NCBI GenBank assembly: GCA_028023455.1
Contig: JAQFVV010000007.1
Coordinates: 7,378,001 to 7,442,000, forward strand
Direction of reading: 5' to 3'
Length of the DNA stretch: 64,000 nt
From: Epiperipatus broadwayi
Taxonomy: Eukaryota > Animalia > Onychophora
Shown here: in pieces, positions 26,431-39,843 of the stretch
Layout: the number at the start of each line of letters is the position of its first letter
How positions within the stretch are numbered: the first letter of the stretch is position 1
The notes under the pieces: model-generated
Told to the model about the DNA's origin: nothing
Seen by the model: the letters and a program-made list of their open reading frames with translations, nothing else
Database searches by the model: none
Made by a program: the position numbers and the translations under genes

Positions 26431-27956
26431 TGTAAACAGTCGGGTTTAAACCCTAGTTACAATGTAGAAAGGCGCACACATATGTGATATAGTTTAAAAT
26501 TAGTTTCATATAATTTGATTTTATTTCGTTTTAGTATTTATTTTGTAGTGGGAGAAAATGTTTAAAAAAATTTTATTAAAGTAAGAAAAGAGGGAGTGGG
26601 GGGAGAATTTGCGTTTTATTTGTGTAAAAGTGGTATATGTATGTATTTGCGGTGTGGATAGACAATTTTAGAAACGAACGTATGAATACATTTTTGGATC
26701 CAAGATAAGAGATTATTGTAAAAAAAAAAAAAAAGAGATATATTAAACATCAAGGTCTTATCTGGGAATTTGAATGAAAAAAAAGAAAATATAAAAGAAG
26801 GTTAGAGAAAGGGTTTCCGGAATGTTAATTGCCAAAATGTCCAAAGGTGCAAAGTTCTTTTGCTTATTAGCTTAACTGGCCATCTATCCCACTGGTGGGG
26901 AAGAAAGGGGCGACTGTGTTTGCGAAAACAAAAGAAAGAAAAAGTGACAGGGAGAGTGGAGATTTTTTTTTTAAACTAGTGTCATTATTATTTTGGTTTT
27001 CAAAGAAGAAAGAAAAATTAAAAATATATTCAATTTTTAATATTTTAAGAAGAGTAATTAAGGCTATGGCCGAACATGAGTACTGGGGTAAAAGCTTAAG
27101 TGCTGGGTTTTCTGGACCTTACCCAAGAGTCCATGTGCAGTGACAAACATCTACCGGAGATCTATCACTTTTCAAGGGAATCATCCACTCAATGAACTGA
27201 AGGTGATGAACTTCTCGTACGTTTTCTGCGATTTCATGTTTTTCTTCTTATTTGATATCCCGGGGATCACATCGACAAAAAGTGCAGGTAATATGAACTT
27301 AAGATATTTTATTTTCCAAAAATTACCACTTTTCTGAAACCCTCAAAGAGAACGAATGAAGGCAAAAACTTATATATTTTTTTGATAAGGCCATTCAAAT
27401 ACAGCTGATTAGATTTTTATCTGTGTATACGTTCGTTTTCTTGTTCTGTTGTAAATCCACACCAATACATATGTAGGTTTTATTGGGTTATGTAAACGTT
27501 AAAAGGGTATGGGAAATATGTTTTCTTAAAAGTAAAATAAAAAAAAAAATATTATAATAAAAGGTGTTTTATTTTAAGGCTTATATTACATGTGTATGTT
27601 TTATTATTTGACTCATAGAATATAGTTCATGAATTTAAACAATTGATCCGAGTTTCGCTGTTGGTTGCATAGAGTTTTCCCCCGTACATTTTCCTACGGT
27701 TTGTTGGCCACCCGCCCTGAGTACTGAGCTAGTGGAGAGGCCCTATTACTATCGTATTTTCTCTTCCAGCATAATACTTATGTAAAAAGTAAGTTTGGCG
27801 CTTGGAGTCAATGATTGACGTCCATAAATATGCTGTGAGAGAAATACGAAATTTCTTATCACTATTTTTTTGCTTAAAAAGAAAAAGGGGAAATATAGAT
27901 ATTTTTTTTTATGATAAGAACTAATAAGTATACGGTAAACGAGTACACCCGTTACA
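26431..27956 (+). repeat. 5' LTR (1526 bp)
   Basis: Starts tgtaaac and ends cccgttaca; its last ~550 bp recur at 29544-30073. Confidence 0.88.
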
Positions 27957-27957
27957 A

Positions 27958-27969
27958 TGGCGTCCCAAC
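27958..27969 (+). promoter_or_regulatory. Primer-binding site, tRNA-Lys-like
   Basis: TGGCGTCCCAAC one base after the LTR; matches the tRNA-Lys PBS TGGCGCCCAAC with one inserted T. Confidence 0.6.
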
Positions 27970-28289
27970 TAAGGCTTTATGAAGAATGGAATGTATGGGG
28001 GCCCGAGTAGAAAGATTAAAAATTCGATAAGGGAAAGGAGGGGGAGTAAAATAGAAATATTAGAGAGACGTGAAGTTTGTTTCGATTAAAATAGTTTTAT
28101 TGAAAGACAGAAAATAGTTTTCCGAGTGGTTGATAAAGAAATTAGACACGTAGCATGGCGTTTTGGGGGGGGGGAAAGGAAAACCTACCACGTTGTGATT
28201 TTGGAAGCAGTCAAAACAAAGTACTACGATTTTTTTTTTCTCCTCATTTATATATATAATCAATACACGTATAATATAAAGGACAGAGA

Positions 28290-28943
28290 ATATAAAATAA
28301 GGAGGATGGGACTGATAAAAATAAACACATATGAGGGAGGAAGGAGGGAGATGCCAACAGATCACCTTAGGAGTCTGCAAAGGTATTTCGAAGGGTATGG
28401 GATACCGGAAGAGATGAAGGCGATAGTAGCATCAGACCACCTTGAAGCTCAGGCTAGGGATTGGTGGAATTCACTGATGCACCAGCCGCAGACATTTTTA
28501 GATTACAAGACAGCCCTGGAGAGAGTGTTCTGGAGTGAAGAGAGACAGGAGGATATTCGGTCCCGAATAATAAGGGAGAAGTTCCGAGAGGGTGGACTAG
28601 AGGAATATAGATTTCTTTAGGGACAAGTGGCCCTACTCAAGCGTTAAAAGCATGTGATTTGTCAGAGAAACAGATGGTAAAGACAGTATGTAATAACTTG
28701 CCCATAGAAATAAGAGTGATACTGGGAGAAGGGGAGAAATCTACTAAAGAAATAGACGAAGTATTGAGTAAAATGGAAGTGAGTGCGAAAATGAGACAGA
28801 TACAGGGGGAAAAGGAAGTAGATCAAGGGAGAGACATAGGGTTCAGTCAACAATCGAATCCAAAATGTATGGGAAATCTGGTTTGTTCATGGGGAGGACC
28901 GGTACAAGTTACGCATGCCAAACATGTCCAAAAATACAGATAA
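28290..28943 (+). pseudogene. Gypsy gag (retrotransposon gag domain), frameshifted
   Basis: TYEGGRREMPTDHLRSLQRYFEGYGIPEEMKAIVASDHLEAQARDWWNSL...TFLDYKTALERVFWSEERQEDIR, continued by ORF 28659..28943. Confidence 0.85.
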
Positions 28944-28959
28944 GACGAAAGTGGACGGA

Positions 28960-29550
28960 CTTATATATAAATGAAGTGAGGTGTCTGTAAAAAAAGAGAG
29001 ATTATATTATAAACTCATCAGGGAACAACCAAATATACCTGTTCTGCCTTTGAAAGCTGTACAGGTGGCAAGGCCAACAACAGAAAGGCAAAAGTTGAAC
29101 CCAAACAGATATGGCTAAATGTTAAAATCCAGGGATAAGTTGTCCTCATGCATTTTTAATTATGAAAAATCTGATCTGTGATGTTCTATTAGGAACTGAT
29201 TTCTTATACAAGTATAAGTGTAAGTTGAACCTAAAGTGGACAAGCCACAGTAATGGGGAGGTGATTGGTTTGGATGGACAACACAGATGTTTCAATGAGA
29301 CTTTGCAAGTTGTCGATGACAACAAGGATGACGGATAGAGGATAAGATAGAAAGGTAAAATGGCTGGTGGAGAAGGGAAGGAAATGCTAAGAAAGATACG
29401 AAAGACCATCAGGTGTTTTCAGATATACCAGGCATAATCCCGGTTTAAAGAATTCAGGTAAACGAAACTCAACCATTTAAGGCAAAATCATACCCCATCC
29501 CTCATCAGTATAGAGAACAGGTGAAAGCACAGATAGATCAAATATTAGAT
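28960..29550 (+). pseudogene. Gypsy pol remnant: aspartic protease C-terminal part and pre-RT segment
   Basis: NLICDVLLGTDFLYKYKC and VFSDIPG...PFKAKSYPIPHQYREQVKAQIDQIL; the catalytic D-S/T-G motif is not seen. Confidence 0.8.
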
Positions 29551-30073
29551 TTTTATCTGTGTATACGCTCGTTTTCTTGTTCTGTTGTAAATCCACACCA
29601 ATACATATGTAGGTTTTATTGGGTTATGTAAACGTTAAAAGGGTATGGGAAATATGTTTTCTTAAAAGTAAAATAAAAAAAAATATTATAATAAAAGGGT
29701 TTTATTTTGGCTTATATTACATGTGTATGTTTTATTATTTGACTCATAGATATAGTTCATGAATTTAAACAATTGATCCGAGTTTCGCTGTTGGTTGCAT
29801 AGAGTTTTCCCCCGTACATTTTCCTACGGTTTGTTGGCCACCCGCCCTGAGTACTGAGCTAGTGGAGGGCCCTATTACTATCGATTTTCTCTTCCACATA
29901 ATACTTATGAAAAAGTAAGTTTGGGCTTGGGTCAATGATTGACATCCATAAATGCTGTGAGAAAATGAAATTTCTTATACTTTTTTTTGAAAAAGAAAAA
30001 GGGGAAATATAGATATTTTTTTTTTTTATGATAAGAACTAATAAGTATACGGTAAACGAGCACACCCGTTACA
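29544..30073 (+). repeat. Truncated 3' LTR (distal ~530 bp)
   Basis: Matches 27408-27956, mostly differing by 1-bp deletions. Confidence 0.9.
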
Positions 30074-32399
30074 ATAGGAAGGGATTGCAATCCTTTTTGC
30101 CATCTTACTATCCCATTCCATAGGCAAAGGGAATGATCCACAGAGCAGGGAATACCATCTGTCTTCAATGGTCAATAATAAATAGGCTTATTTTGCCCAA
30201 GTGTGGCATATAATGTGATCCTGCATGTAGCAGATCTTCATACTACATTTACTAATTACACCAATATATTCAATCAATTAACCCAATTTAACTACAAAAC
30301 AAATAACCTAAGACTACCCTCCCTTAATTAAACCAATATAACTTTACAAATCTATGCAGCCATTCATGCCCGATTTAAATTTAATGTTTATTAAAAGTTT
30401 GTCTTAACAGAAAAAACAAAAAAAAATCGTAATAAAAACTTAAAAGAATGGAAAAAATAAATTAATGGAAATGATTTAAAAAAAATAATACATTCAATAA
30501 AAATAATTAATAAATAATTTAGTCAGATAGGAAATTCTATTTCTATTTAAATATTGAAAAGTTTAGAATTTAGAGTTCTTACTGTTTTCAAATACTGGAA
30601 AGTTTTAGAATTAATGTTCATTAGTTATATAGTTCTTGCGGTTTTAAAAAGTTCATCTTTAACAGTTGCTTGCTATTTGGGATCCAGTGTTAATTGTCCC
30701 AGTGTCCTGGGGAGACTAGTATGCTTTTGGCTGTTTTGTTGATTCATCTGGAGGTCCTTTACTTTAGCTGGTATTTTATTTCCAGGCCCTGATAGCCTGT
30801 AGTCCACAATATGGAAAAACGATGTCATTTCTTTTTTTATATATAGAAAAACTGAAGGAATTGAAAGTGCATCTTTCAATCCCTTCTCCTTCAACTCTCT
30901 CTGACTTAACACATATCATACCTCTCTCTATCATATCTCTATTTTGCTTCCCAATTTATTTCTAAACTTTTCCTTTTGTATTAAACTTTTGGATCCAGTG
31001 GACATTACATCATGATGATGATGATCCTTTCATTGAGGTCCATTTCCTGACAGATTTCTTTTATTGACTATTCTATTCCTATTGTTTTTCTCTCCTATCT
31101 TACCTTTAATTATACATTTTGAGATGCCCAAGGACTAGTTTACTAATTGAAAATAATCATTTTCATTTTATACAATAGCATTAATTAAATTATTGTACAT
31201 TCTTTTTATCTTTAAATCTTTTAAGTTTTTTCTAAAAATTTAGTTTTAAAATACCTTTTCTTTTTTAATAGTTTTCTTTTAATAATTTTTTTTTTCATCT
31301 GTGCGATTTTATATATATGAGTTTAGATGATTTTTAATTTTCAATTTTTAATTCTTAAAAAAAAAAAAGATTTTTATTTGCAAACTTTTATTTTTAATGT
31401 CTAATTTTAAAATAAAATAAAATGTAACAGTGTGTGTGCCCGTTACAGTATAAATACATGATAATAATGATGATGGTGACCAAATAGATTATTAGTGTAA
31501 GTGCATGGTATTGATGATGGCCAAGTAGAGATCAGATTGATTTATACAATTATTTAACATTTATTAAACAAGAAACAAGAAATAATGCAATAGAATAATA
31601 TTTAAATTTATAATGTTGAGATAGCAAGGATGGTTTCCTGTCATTTTAAGAATATAATAAATTTCCATTTCCAAATCCCATGATAGGAATCCAAACCTAA
31701 GCAGACTTTAGTTACAAAGTAACAAACACACAAAAAAAATTATTCAGAATAATATATACAGTAAATTGCAATTAAAGGTTTTAAATAATAAAAATATAGC
31801 AGTAGAAAAGAAAATTAATAATACACCAATTCCGAATCTATCTTGCTAATAGTATTGACTATAATTATATTTTATTTATTGGAGTATGCTATTTTAGCTG
31901 ATTACTGAATGAAGAACCTCTCATATATGTAAGTTAAATTGACATTAGTGAAAAAGAATAAACCATTTGTATCCCGTGATTACTCATACGTCCAAAAAAA
32001 AAAAAAGAAAAACTATTGCTAGATTTTAGTAATACCCATTAATATAAAAAATTCTAACTTTTGTTCTAAAGTTTGTAGTTAATATAGAATAAGTCAAGAT
32101 CTTACTTGAGGTCACTTTGGTAGAGCAGTATCGAATTTCGGGGAGGATCTGTGAAATTTCAACTTTATTAGCAAATACAATTATTTTGCTTATTTTGATA
32201 TCCCCTCCCATACAGCTATATATTTTAGATACACGCTTCCTTTCTGAAGTGCCAGTGATCAAATTTGAAAAATGAAATTTAATATAAAACAAAAAAATCA
32301 CACATCATAAAATTACAAATAGTAAAATAAATAATAAAAATATATATGAATCAATAAATAAAAAAATATTCTTGAGGAAAACAAGCATTGTCTATATTT

Positions 32400-32800
32400 A
32401 AGTTTATATACATTGTATATCAATCTCCAGACATGATGTAGTTGTCCACTGGCTTTGCTAAATTTACACTAACTAGTTGTGAATGTTGTCCAGTTGTTTC
32501 TTTCTAACACACAGCAACAAACCCACTGCAGATCGATATCCATTAAGATTTAGAGATATTTTGCAGACACATTTATAATGGCATAAAAGATTGGCATCAG
32601 TAATTTTTGGTATGTTTTATTTACTCAGTGCACATTGCAGAATTCCCTCCCATGATTGTAGCCAGTTATGCAATGGCATTTAAGTATCAGAAAAAATGAT
32701 GTGAAAACTTGATCGAATTCCAATAGTTTTCAATTTCTTTTTCTTCACTTTCTTATAAATCTATTCAACCTCTCTAGCATATGCTTAAACTATTAATCCA
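32400..32800 (-). mobile_element. Decayed L1-like ORF2 C-terminal fragment
   Basis: CALSK*NIPKITDANLLCHYK...RSAVGCCCVLERNNWTTFTTS*CK...HHVWRL loosely fits the L1 Cys-rich tail. Confidence 0.35.
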
Positions 32801-33272
32801 TTTTTATCATTTATACATTCAGATTTGTTGTTTAAGCGAACAGCTGAAACTATTTTCTTTTTTATTCTGATAATGAAGGTTTCCTTTTTTTTCCTTTTTA
32901 GCATTGAATATCAGAATCCATCTTAATATATTTTCTTTTTTTTAGAACAATATATTAATAACTGTTAAGAGACTTTTCTTCATGTGCAGATTATCCAATT
33001 GTTTTAAAACCAAAAAAACCTCTCACACTGGCTCAAGGCGATTTTTAAATAACTCATTGTTACAAATCTATATGTTTATTAAAATATTTGTTTATTTCTT
33101 GCATTGTTTTCCGTCTCTCAAATTCAATCACCTAGCAACTATTTTGACCTCAGGTCATTATTCTTTTATTTTAATCTTCATTTATGTCAGTCTCACCAGT
33201 CAGTTAATAATTATTAATTTAATTATTAGTGACATTAGTTTGTGTAAATATACATAAATTTTACTACTTTAG

Positions 33273-33438
33273 AGATGCAGAAATTAAAAATACCTCTTTC
33301 AAAAAAAATAAACATAGCAGTTTATTGAAGGTGAGATTTGTTTGTTTAACATAGATGTATATGTAAGCTCAATTGTTTGACTATCAATTGACCAGATTGA
33401 AAATGTTGGAAAAATTACGACAGGTGTATTGGTTGGTT
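33273..33438 (+). CDS. Candidate two-exon fragment of an unidentified host gene (33273-33330 and 33396-33438)
   Basis: ttttactactttag/ acceptor, gaag/gtgaga donor, 65-nt intron ending accag/, ggtt/gtaagt donor; the spliced frame is open: DAEIKNTSFKKNKHSSLLKIENVGKITTGVLVG. No homology recognised. Confidence 0.25.
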
Positions 33439-33909
33439 GTAAGTCACTCTTACAACAAATATATATATGTAATCTTATAATTGAATATTTATAAATACAG
33501 TAATTATAAATATTCAATTATAAGATTATGTATATTGATTTGAAAAAATACAGAGATCAAATTATATTATTACATATATATGATTTTAATTTATATCAAT
33601 TTGTTAATAAATTTTGACTTAATTTAAAACAATTAAACTTGCTTGGTTGTAATTCAATTTTACAATATAAATTCATTGGTTAATCATATTCAGATAAGAT
33701 GATATTCATTAATTTATTATATTACATAATTCACTAGAAGCACTTATAAAAATAATTCAGAAATCAAAACATAGAATGGATAAGAATTTTAGCTCTACTT
33801 TAATTTTTTAAAATTTACAATGCAAACACACCAATATGTATATGTAGCTTTATAAGATCCATAATCAAACTTTCAAAAGATAAATACATACTTACACACA
33901 GCTATATAC

Positions 33910-34065
33910 TTCAGCCTCAAGTTCTACAAGAATTTTAGAGTAACAATAACCATCAATTTACATCCACTATATAGTCCTATACATTTCAACCTCAACTTCT
34001 ACAAGTCATTATATAAAAAATTTACAGTAACAATAACCATCAATTTACATTTACTATATAGTGAT
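33910..34065. repeat. Tandem duplication of a ~80-90-bp unit
   Basis: cctcaa(g/c)ttctacaag...gtaacaataaccatcaatttacat...actatatagt occurs twice. Confidence 0.8.
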
Positions 34066-35024
34066 CTTTAAAAAAGTTTTAACATTTAAAAGTAAAAAAA
34101 TGTTTCTTATATTTTTAAAGGGTGGCCATATTGTAAGATAATTGACATTAAAGGATATCAACTTCATAAAAAATAAAATAGTAAGACTCACCCCCACCCC
34201 CACTGAATAAAACCCCACTATTTTTAAATCAAATTTATATGATATAAAATGCTAAAGTGCAAATATAATAATGAAAAATAGAACTTATATATTTTTTCCC
34301 AGTATTTTCATACTACAAACTTTAATAGAAATTTTATGCAGTGAAGGAAAAATTGTTTTTTATTGTAAACATAATTTAAAAAAAAATACAAATTTTACTT
34401 AGCTGTTAATTAGAATAATTTTTCATTATCTATGTAATTAAAATGCAGAAAATAAATTAAATAATGCATACAAAATACAATTTTTAAAATCTATGTTTAT
34501 TTAATATTTTCATACCAATAGTTTTTTTTTATTTATTGCCATGCAAAAATGTCAATGATTGGAAGCATAAACAAGAAACAAAAATAACTTACTTTGTTAA
34601 AGCTTATACATTTTGTATTCCTTTTTTTAAAAAGTAGATCTCTTGCCTTTTAGGTAAGGATATTGATTAATCAAAGGCTAGCTGCTATTTATGATACAAA
34701 TAGTCTTTTCAATCTCCCCTTTTCCTTACATTTGAGCTGAGCCATCGGGATTCTCATGCCATTGGACACCTCCTTATAATAAATGTGACAATAAGATTCA
34801 GTGTTTGTACAACATTTCTATAGTTTAACTACACACACAACATTTCTGAATCCAGTATTTCTCTTTCTTTATTTTTTTCTCAAGCATCCAAGAATTAAGA
34901 AAGCAATGATAAGAAGCTGGCAACCCTTAGTTGTAATCTTTGTATGAGGCAGTATAGTAGTTTGAAACTGTTGTGAGGTAGAAATTTCAGCTAGTTAAGG
35001 TTATATGTTTAGGCAGCAGCTCTA

Positions 35025-38000
35025 TTTAGGGATCCCCCTGCTTACCACGAAATTGGAAGGACCTAGAAAATGTGGTCTAAAAATGGTTCCACAGTCTGGC
35101 TAGATTGTTGTACCTGTTGAATTACTTACTTCAGCAGTACAAATCATAAGAATAGAAAAAATAATATCAGTAGTGGGAGTGTAGTAAATAGGAAGAATAA
35201 TACTAAAAGTAATTATCTCAAATATAAATCTATTCTTTTTCTAAATATAAATATGTGGAATATAAAAACTTTACTTAATATAAACTCTTCAAAACCAGAA
35301 CAAAAATCTGCATTTGTGGCTGAAGAATTGTCAATATTTTATTTTGATATAGCTGTCCCTAATGAAATTTTCATCTCCCAGTTAATGAACATTTATTAGA
35401 ACAGATGGATGAATAAAAGTTTTTTGGAAAGGCAAGTCAGTCAGGGAGAGAAGAAAGCATGGTGGTGGATTGAATGTAAAAGCTACTTTCCTATCTTCTA
35501 TTATTGGAATTCCTCATTGGATCAATAAAAGATTAATGATCTTAAAATCTACCTTGTATAATGATGCTAGAGCTCATTTTATCAGTGGCTATGCTTCAAT
35601 CTTAGATTCAGAGAAGAAAAGTTTTATTTCTTATTGGCTAGCATTATTAAAGTAATACCATTCAAAGATCATTTTTTCTTCTTGGAGATTTTAATGCAAA
35701 GACATTGGCCAAAAGTTATTAAAAATAATAGTATTGGATCTGTAAATTCAAATCATTTGTTATTATTAAATTTATGCAAATTATATGGACTGACTATCAC
35801 AAATACTTTGTTTGGAAGAAAAACTACTATAAAAACATGGATGCATCCATGATCAAAACAATGACATTTAATGGATTATATTACTATTAGAAGTCAGAAC
35901 ACCAAAGTTCACATGACACGAGCACCCAGAAACTCAGATTGTTGGACAGATCTTAGATTACTATAATCTAAGATTAAAATAATAGCTGCATTAAAAATAA
36001 TATTATCTCAAATATATTGACAAACAATTGATTTAATTCTTTAGAAGAATCTACTATATGTACTAAATTTCATCAGCTATTAAACACTAAAATTGGATCT
36101 TCAGGACTGTTATATTACTGAAGCATGGAATCCTCTTAAGGAGAGAATCATGAATACAAGTAAATCTATTCTTGGGTTTACTATAAAAAAGATCCATGAC
36201 AAGTTTTCTGATAAAGATCATATTATTAGTAATTTAATTTAAAAAATATAAACATTCTCTGCTTGGAAAAATAAAAGAACAAATGAGGAACTTCATAATT
36301 AATATAATGATGTGAAAGCAAAAGTTCATTGACTGAAAAGAAGGCTTAAAAATAATTGGTGAATTAAACCTGCAAAAAAGAACCAGTCATTTTCTGATTA
36401 TGATCATTGTAAATCCTTTTTTTGATGCACTGAAAACAACATTTGGATCTAAGAAATGGTATCACCATCCCATTAAATCCAACAATGGCCCTCTTTTGTA
36501 TGGTGATAATGATATTTTGAATAGATGGAAAGAGTATTTTGATCATCTTTTGAAAAATGACACAAGAATTGATAGATTGACTTTTAATGATACATCCATT
36601 TTATTAATTTATTTAGATCTGGACTATTCAGCTTAAAGAAATCAAAACTGCTCTGTAATCTTAAAAATGAAAAAGCTACAGGACCTAATGAAATACCCAG
36701 AGAAATTTTAACATATGGTCATGATATATTAGCTTCAAAAATATTGCAAATTTTTAGATATATCTGGACTCATAAAATTGCATCATCTGACCTTAAGTAT
36801 GCTTTGATTGTTGCAATTTTTAAAAACAAAGCTAATAGACAAGATCTTAGCAAGTATCACTAAATACCATTATTATCCACTGCAGCAAAATTACTTTCAA
36901 GAATTTTGTTGCATGGATTGTTTTCAGTTATAGATGAATAGTTACCAGAGACTCAGTCTGGTTTTAAGGAATCAGCATTCACTGTAGATATGTTTTTTGT
37001 TGCCAGGCAACAAAAGTATTGGGAACAAACAAATTATTTATATTTTTGTTTTATTGATTTTGTCAACACTTGTTCCAATTGATAGAATAGGTCTATAGCA
37101 TTGTATAAAATTAGTTGGTTGTTCACCAAACTTAATAGAATAAGAGGAAATGTTATTACTATGGGTGGAAAATTTGGTGCATTTGAAATTAAAACTAGCA
37201 TCAAACAGGGATGTGAACTTGCTCCAACATTGTTTTCAATTTTTGGCAGTGATCTTTGGAATTGTTTATAGGTAGCTTAATCAGATAAGGATCAAGATGC
37301 AGTACCGGTTTGATATATGAAGTTTAAATTTGAATCAGTTAATAGCTCATTCAATAATATTTTCTTCAATTCTGGATTTACTATATGCTGATGATTGTTC
37401 TATTTTTTGCCATTTCAGAAGATGTTTACAGAATGTTCTTAATATTTTAAATGCAACTTATAAAGACTTTGGTTTAATAATTAATGGTCAAACAACTCAA
37501 TTTATGAGTCAGTGATGGAAGAGAAATTTTCAGTAACTTTCAGTTTGGATGGTTATCACCTTGAGACTGTAAACCAGTTTCAATACCTTGAAAGTTTTAT
37601 AAGTAGAAAAGTGACATAGAAATTATGATCCAACAGAGACTCCAATACACTGCTACAGCTTTTAAAAAGTTAAAAAATAAAATATTTTATCATAGGGCGC
37701 TAACTACTGCAACTAATTTACCTAAATGTAAAGCTGTTATTTTACCTAATTTATTGTATGGATGTGAAACATTGACAACCTATCAGTGCAATACAAAGGC
37801 ATTAGAAAAGTTACATTTAAGGATACTCTGGATAATTTTAAAAATACAGTAGATTGTAAAACCAATCAATATGTTCTTCAACTTGCAGGATGTGATAATA
37901 TTGAGTCCACAATTGTAAAATCACATCTTCACTGGATTGGACATGTTAAATGAATGAACCATGGTTTATGTTGAACTTGAACATGGTTCCACAAAGAAGG

Positions 38001-38260
38001 TAGACCCCATCTACATTATAAGGATGATCTCAAAGACATTCTAAAGAAGTGCAATGTTAATTATTTCCATTAAAGATATGGCAGAGAGAGTACATGGTAG
38101 AGCTATGATTCGGCATGATGTTGATGGATTTCAAAATAAAACGTTATCTACTGAGAAAACTAAAACACAATAATGCAAACAATAAACAGAAAATTGGAAC
38201 ACTATGTTCTATATATGGATGTATTTGTGGACCATAACTTGATTTGTATAAATACCACAA
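35025..38260 (+). mobile_element. Heavily decayed RTE-BovB-like LINE (endonuclease plus RT)
   Basis: WNIKTLL...PEQKSAFVAEEL, WMHP*SKQ*HLMDYI, QGCELAPTLFSI, LLYADD and LLYGCETLTTY motifs in the expected order, with many stops. Confidence 0.85.
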
Positions 38261-38574
38261 CATCCAATTTTAGAGAATTTTTTTTCTCTTTCTCTCTCTC
38301 TCTGCACTTTTTTTTTTTTTTTGGAGTTGAAATGAATGTACTCTTTTTTGAGATTGTTGTTTATTATTTATTTACTACAGATGACACTAAAGTATAGAAT
38401 TGTTCTTGCTTTATTATATATTGTAAAAGTGTAGAATTATGTGATTTGTTATTAATACTATTCTAATAAACTGAACCCGATATATTATAAAATCATTTGT
38501 ATGTGAATTTGAGTTTTTATTAATTGAATCCAGATTTTGAGCTGCAGATATTGTATCAGATTAAATGGTATACA

Positions 38575-38850
38575 TAATTTGGGTGCAATTTGAAAATTAT
38601 AATTGCAGTTTGTAAGGTTATAATTGACTATTTATTAGTTTGCATTTAAAATAGGTTTTATTTACCTGTTTAAAGAGGTTTACTTAAACTTTTTTATATC
38701 AATAATTTCAATCTCTGTGGTCAAGTTGCAGTATTTAGTGTCTATATAAGTATATTAGACCATTAATAAGAGTGGCATTCCACCCTTATTGTTTAATGGA
38801 GGTTGCCTTGACAACAGTTTGAAATTGTTGATGACTGGTTTTTAATGAAG
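38575..38850. repeat. Third copy of the 11.3-11.9 kb repeat
   Basis: ttataattgactatttattag...aatttcaatctctgtggtcaagttgc...gacaacagttt shared. Confidence 0.8.
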
Positions 38851-39843
38851 TAAAATTATTATACAACAAGATTGGGGGGGAGGGTACTATAAAACAATAT
38901 TTATTATGCAAATAAAACAATATTAATGATTATAGTAATTCAATTTTTAGACATAAAATAACGTGACTGCTATACCCCCCCCTCCCCCGAACAAAAAATA
39001 GAAAAAAGAGAATAAGAAATTACAAATAAAAAATCTAGAGTTTATTTTAAAAGATATTGTATAATAAGTAACATATTTAAATATAATACTACCTGTGATA
39101 AATAAAAATATTAACAATTATTCTAAGAAAGACGACATAATATATGAAACCAAAAACAGAGTCAAAGACTCCAAGATGATAAAGATATAATATCGAACAC
39201 ATTTTTTTAAAAAAAGAAAATCTAAGAGAGGAAAATTAACGATTTCAAATGTCATCTTTTAAGTTTCTTTAAAAAAAAGAGAGAAAATTATATTTGAAAG
39301 GAAATGTCTGTACCATAATTTAATAATGTGTTTATTATTACACAAAACTCAAATAAGTTTAACTTAGACACTATGTCCTCTTTGAGGAAGGCTAAATAAA
39401 GATAAATAATAGAATTACAATCAATTGACAACAGAGTAAATTTTGATTTTTAAACACCTGAGCAAAAAACTCATTCTACAATTCAGATTATTTTAGAATA
39501 TTATTCACTGAAAACCAAAGGCATATTTATATTTATTTCCCAACAAATACTATATGGGCAAAAAATCTTAATGTTAATATATTATCTGAAACAGCTTAGT
39601 TTTCTTATGAAAACTTCAAATACTTATAAGATAATCCTCAAAAATTCATTCCGGGATCGAACCCAGTTCATAAGTAAAGCGAACTGTCATACTAATTAAT
39701 GACTACAAGCTGAGAGTAGCAGATAAAACATTCTATTAGCATGAAACGATGAATTATAATGAACTTCATTAAAAAAAAAACTTAGAAAATAAAAATGTTT
39801 ACATGTTCAAAAATAATATATATATACGTTTCATATGTCAAAG

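Larger units (their letters stand above)
26431..30073 (+). mobile_element. Ty3/gypsy LTR retrotransposon, internally deleted
   Basis: TGTAA...TTACA termini, 4-bp TSD ATAG (26427-26430 and 30074-30077), LTR, PBS, gag, protease and pre-RT remnants. Confidence 0.92.
25850..31447. repeat. Copy B of the ~2-kb duplication, split by the gypsy insertion
   Basis: Removing 26431-30077 restores colinearity with copy A (ctccatag/gaagggattgc versus ctccataagaagggattgc). Confidence 0.85.

Noticed and set aside
26895-27337. Two short ORFs inside the 5' LTR as accessory genes
   Set aside because: No recognisable motifs, and lengths are within chance expectation.
34718-34810. Minus-strand exon candidate (KCCTNTESYCHIYYKEVSNGMRIPMAQLK)
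   Set aside because: Weak acceptor, no partner exon and no recognisable homology.
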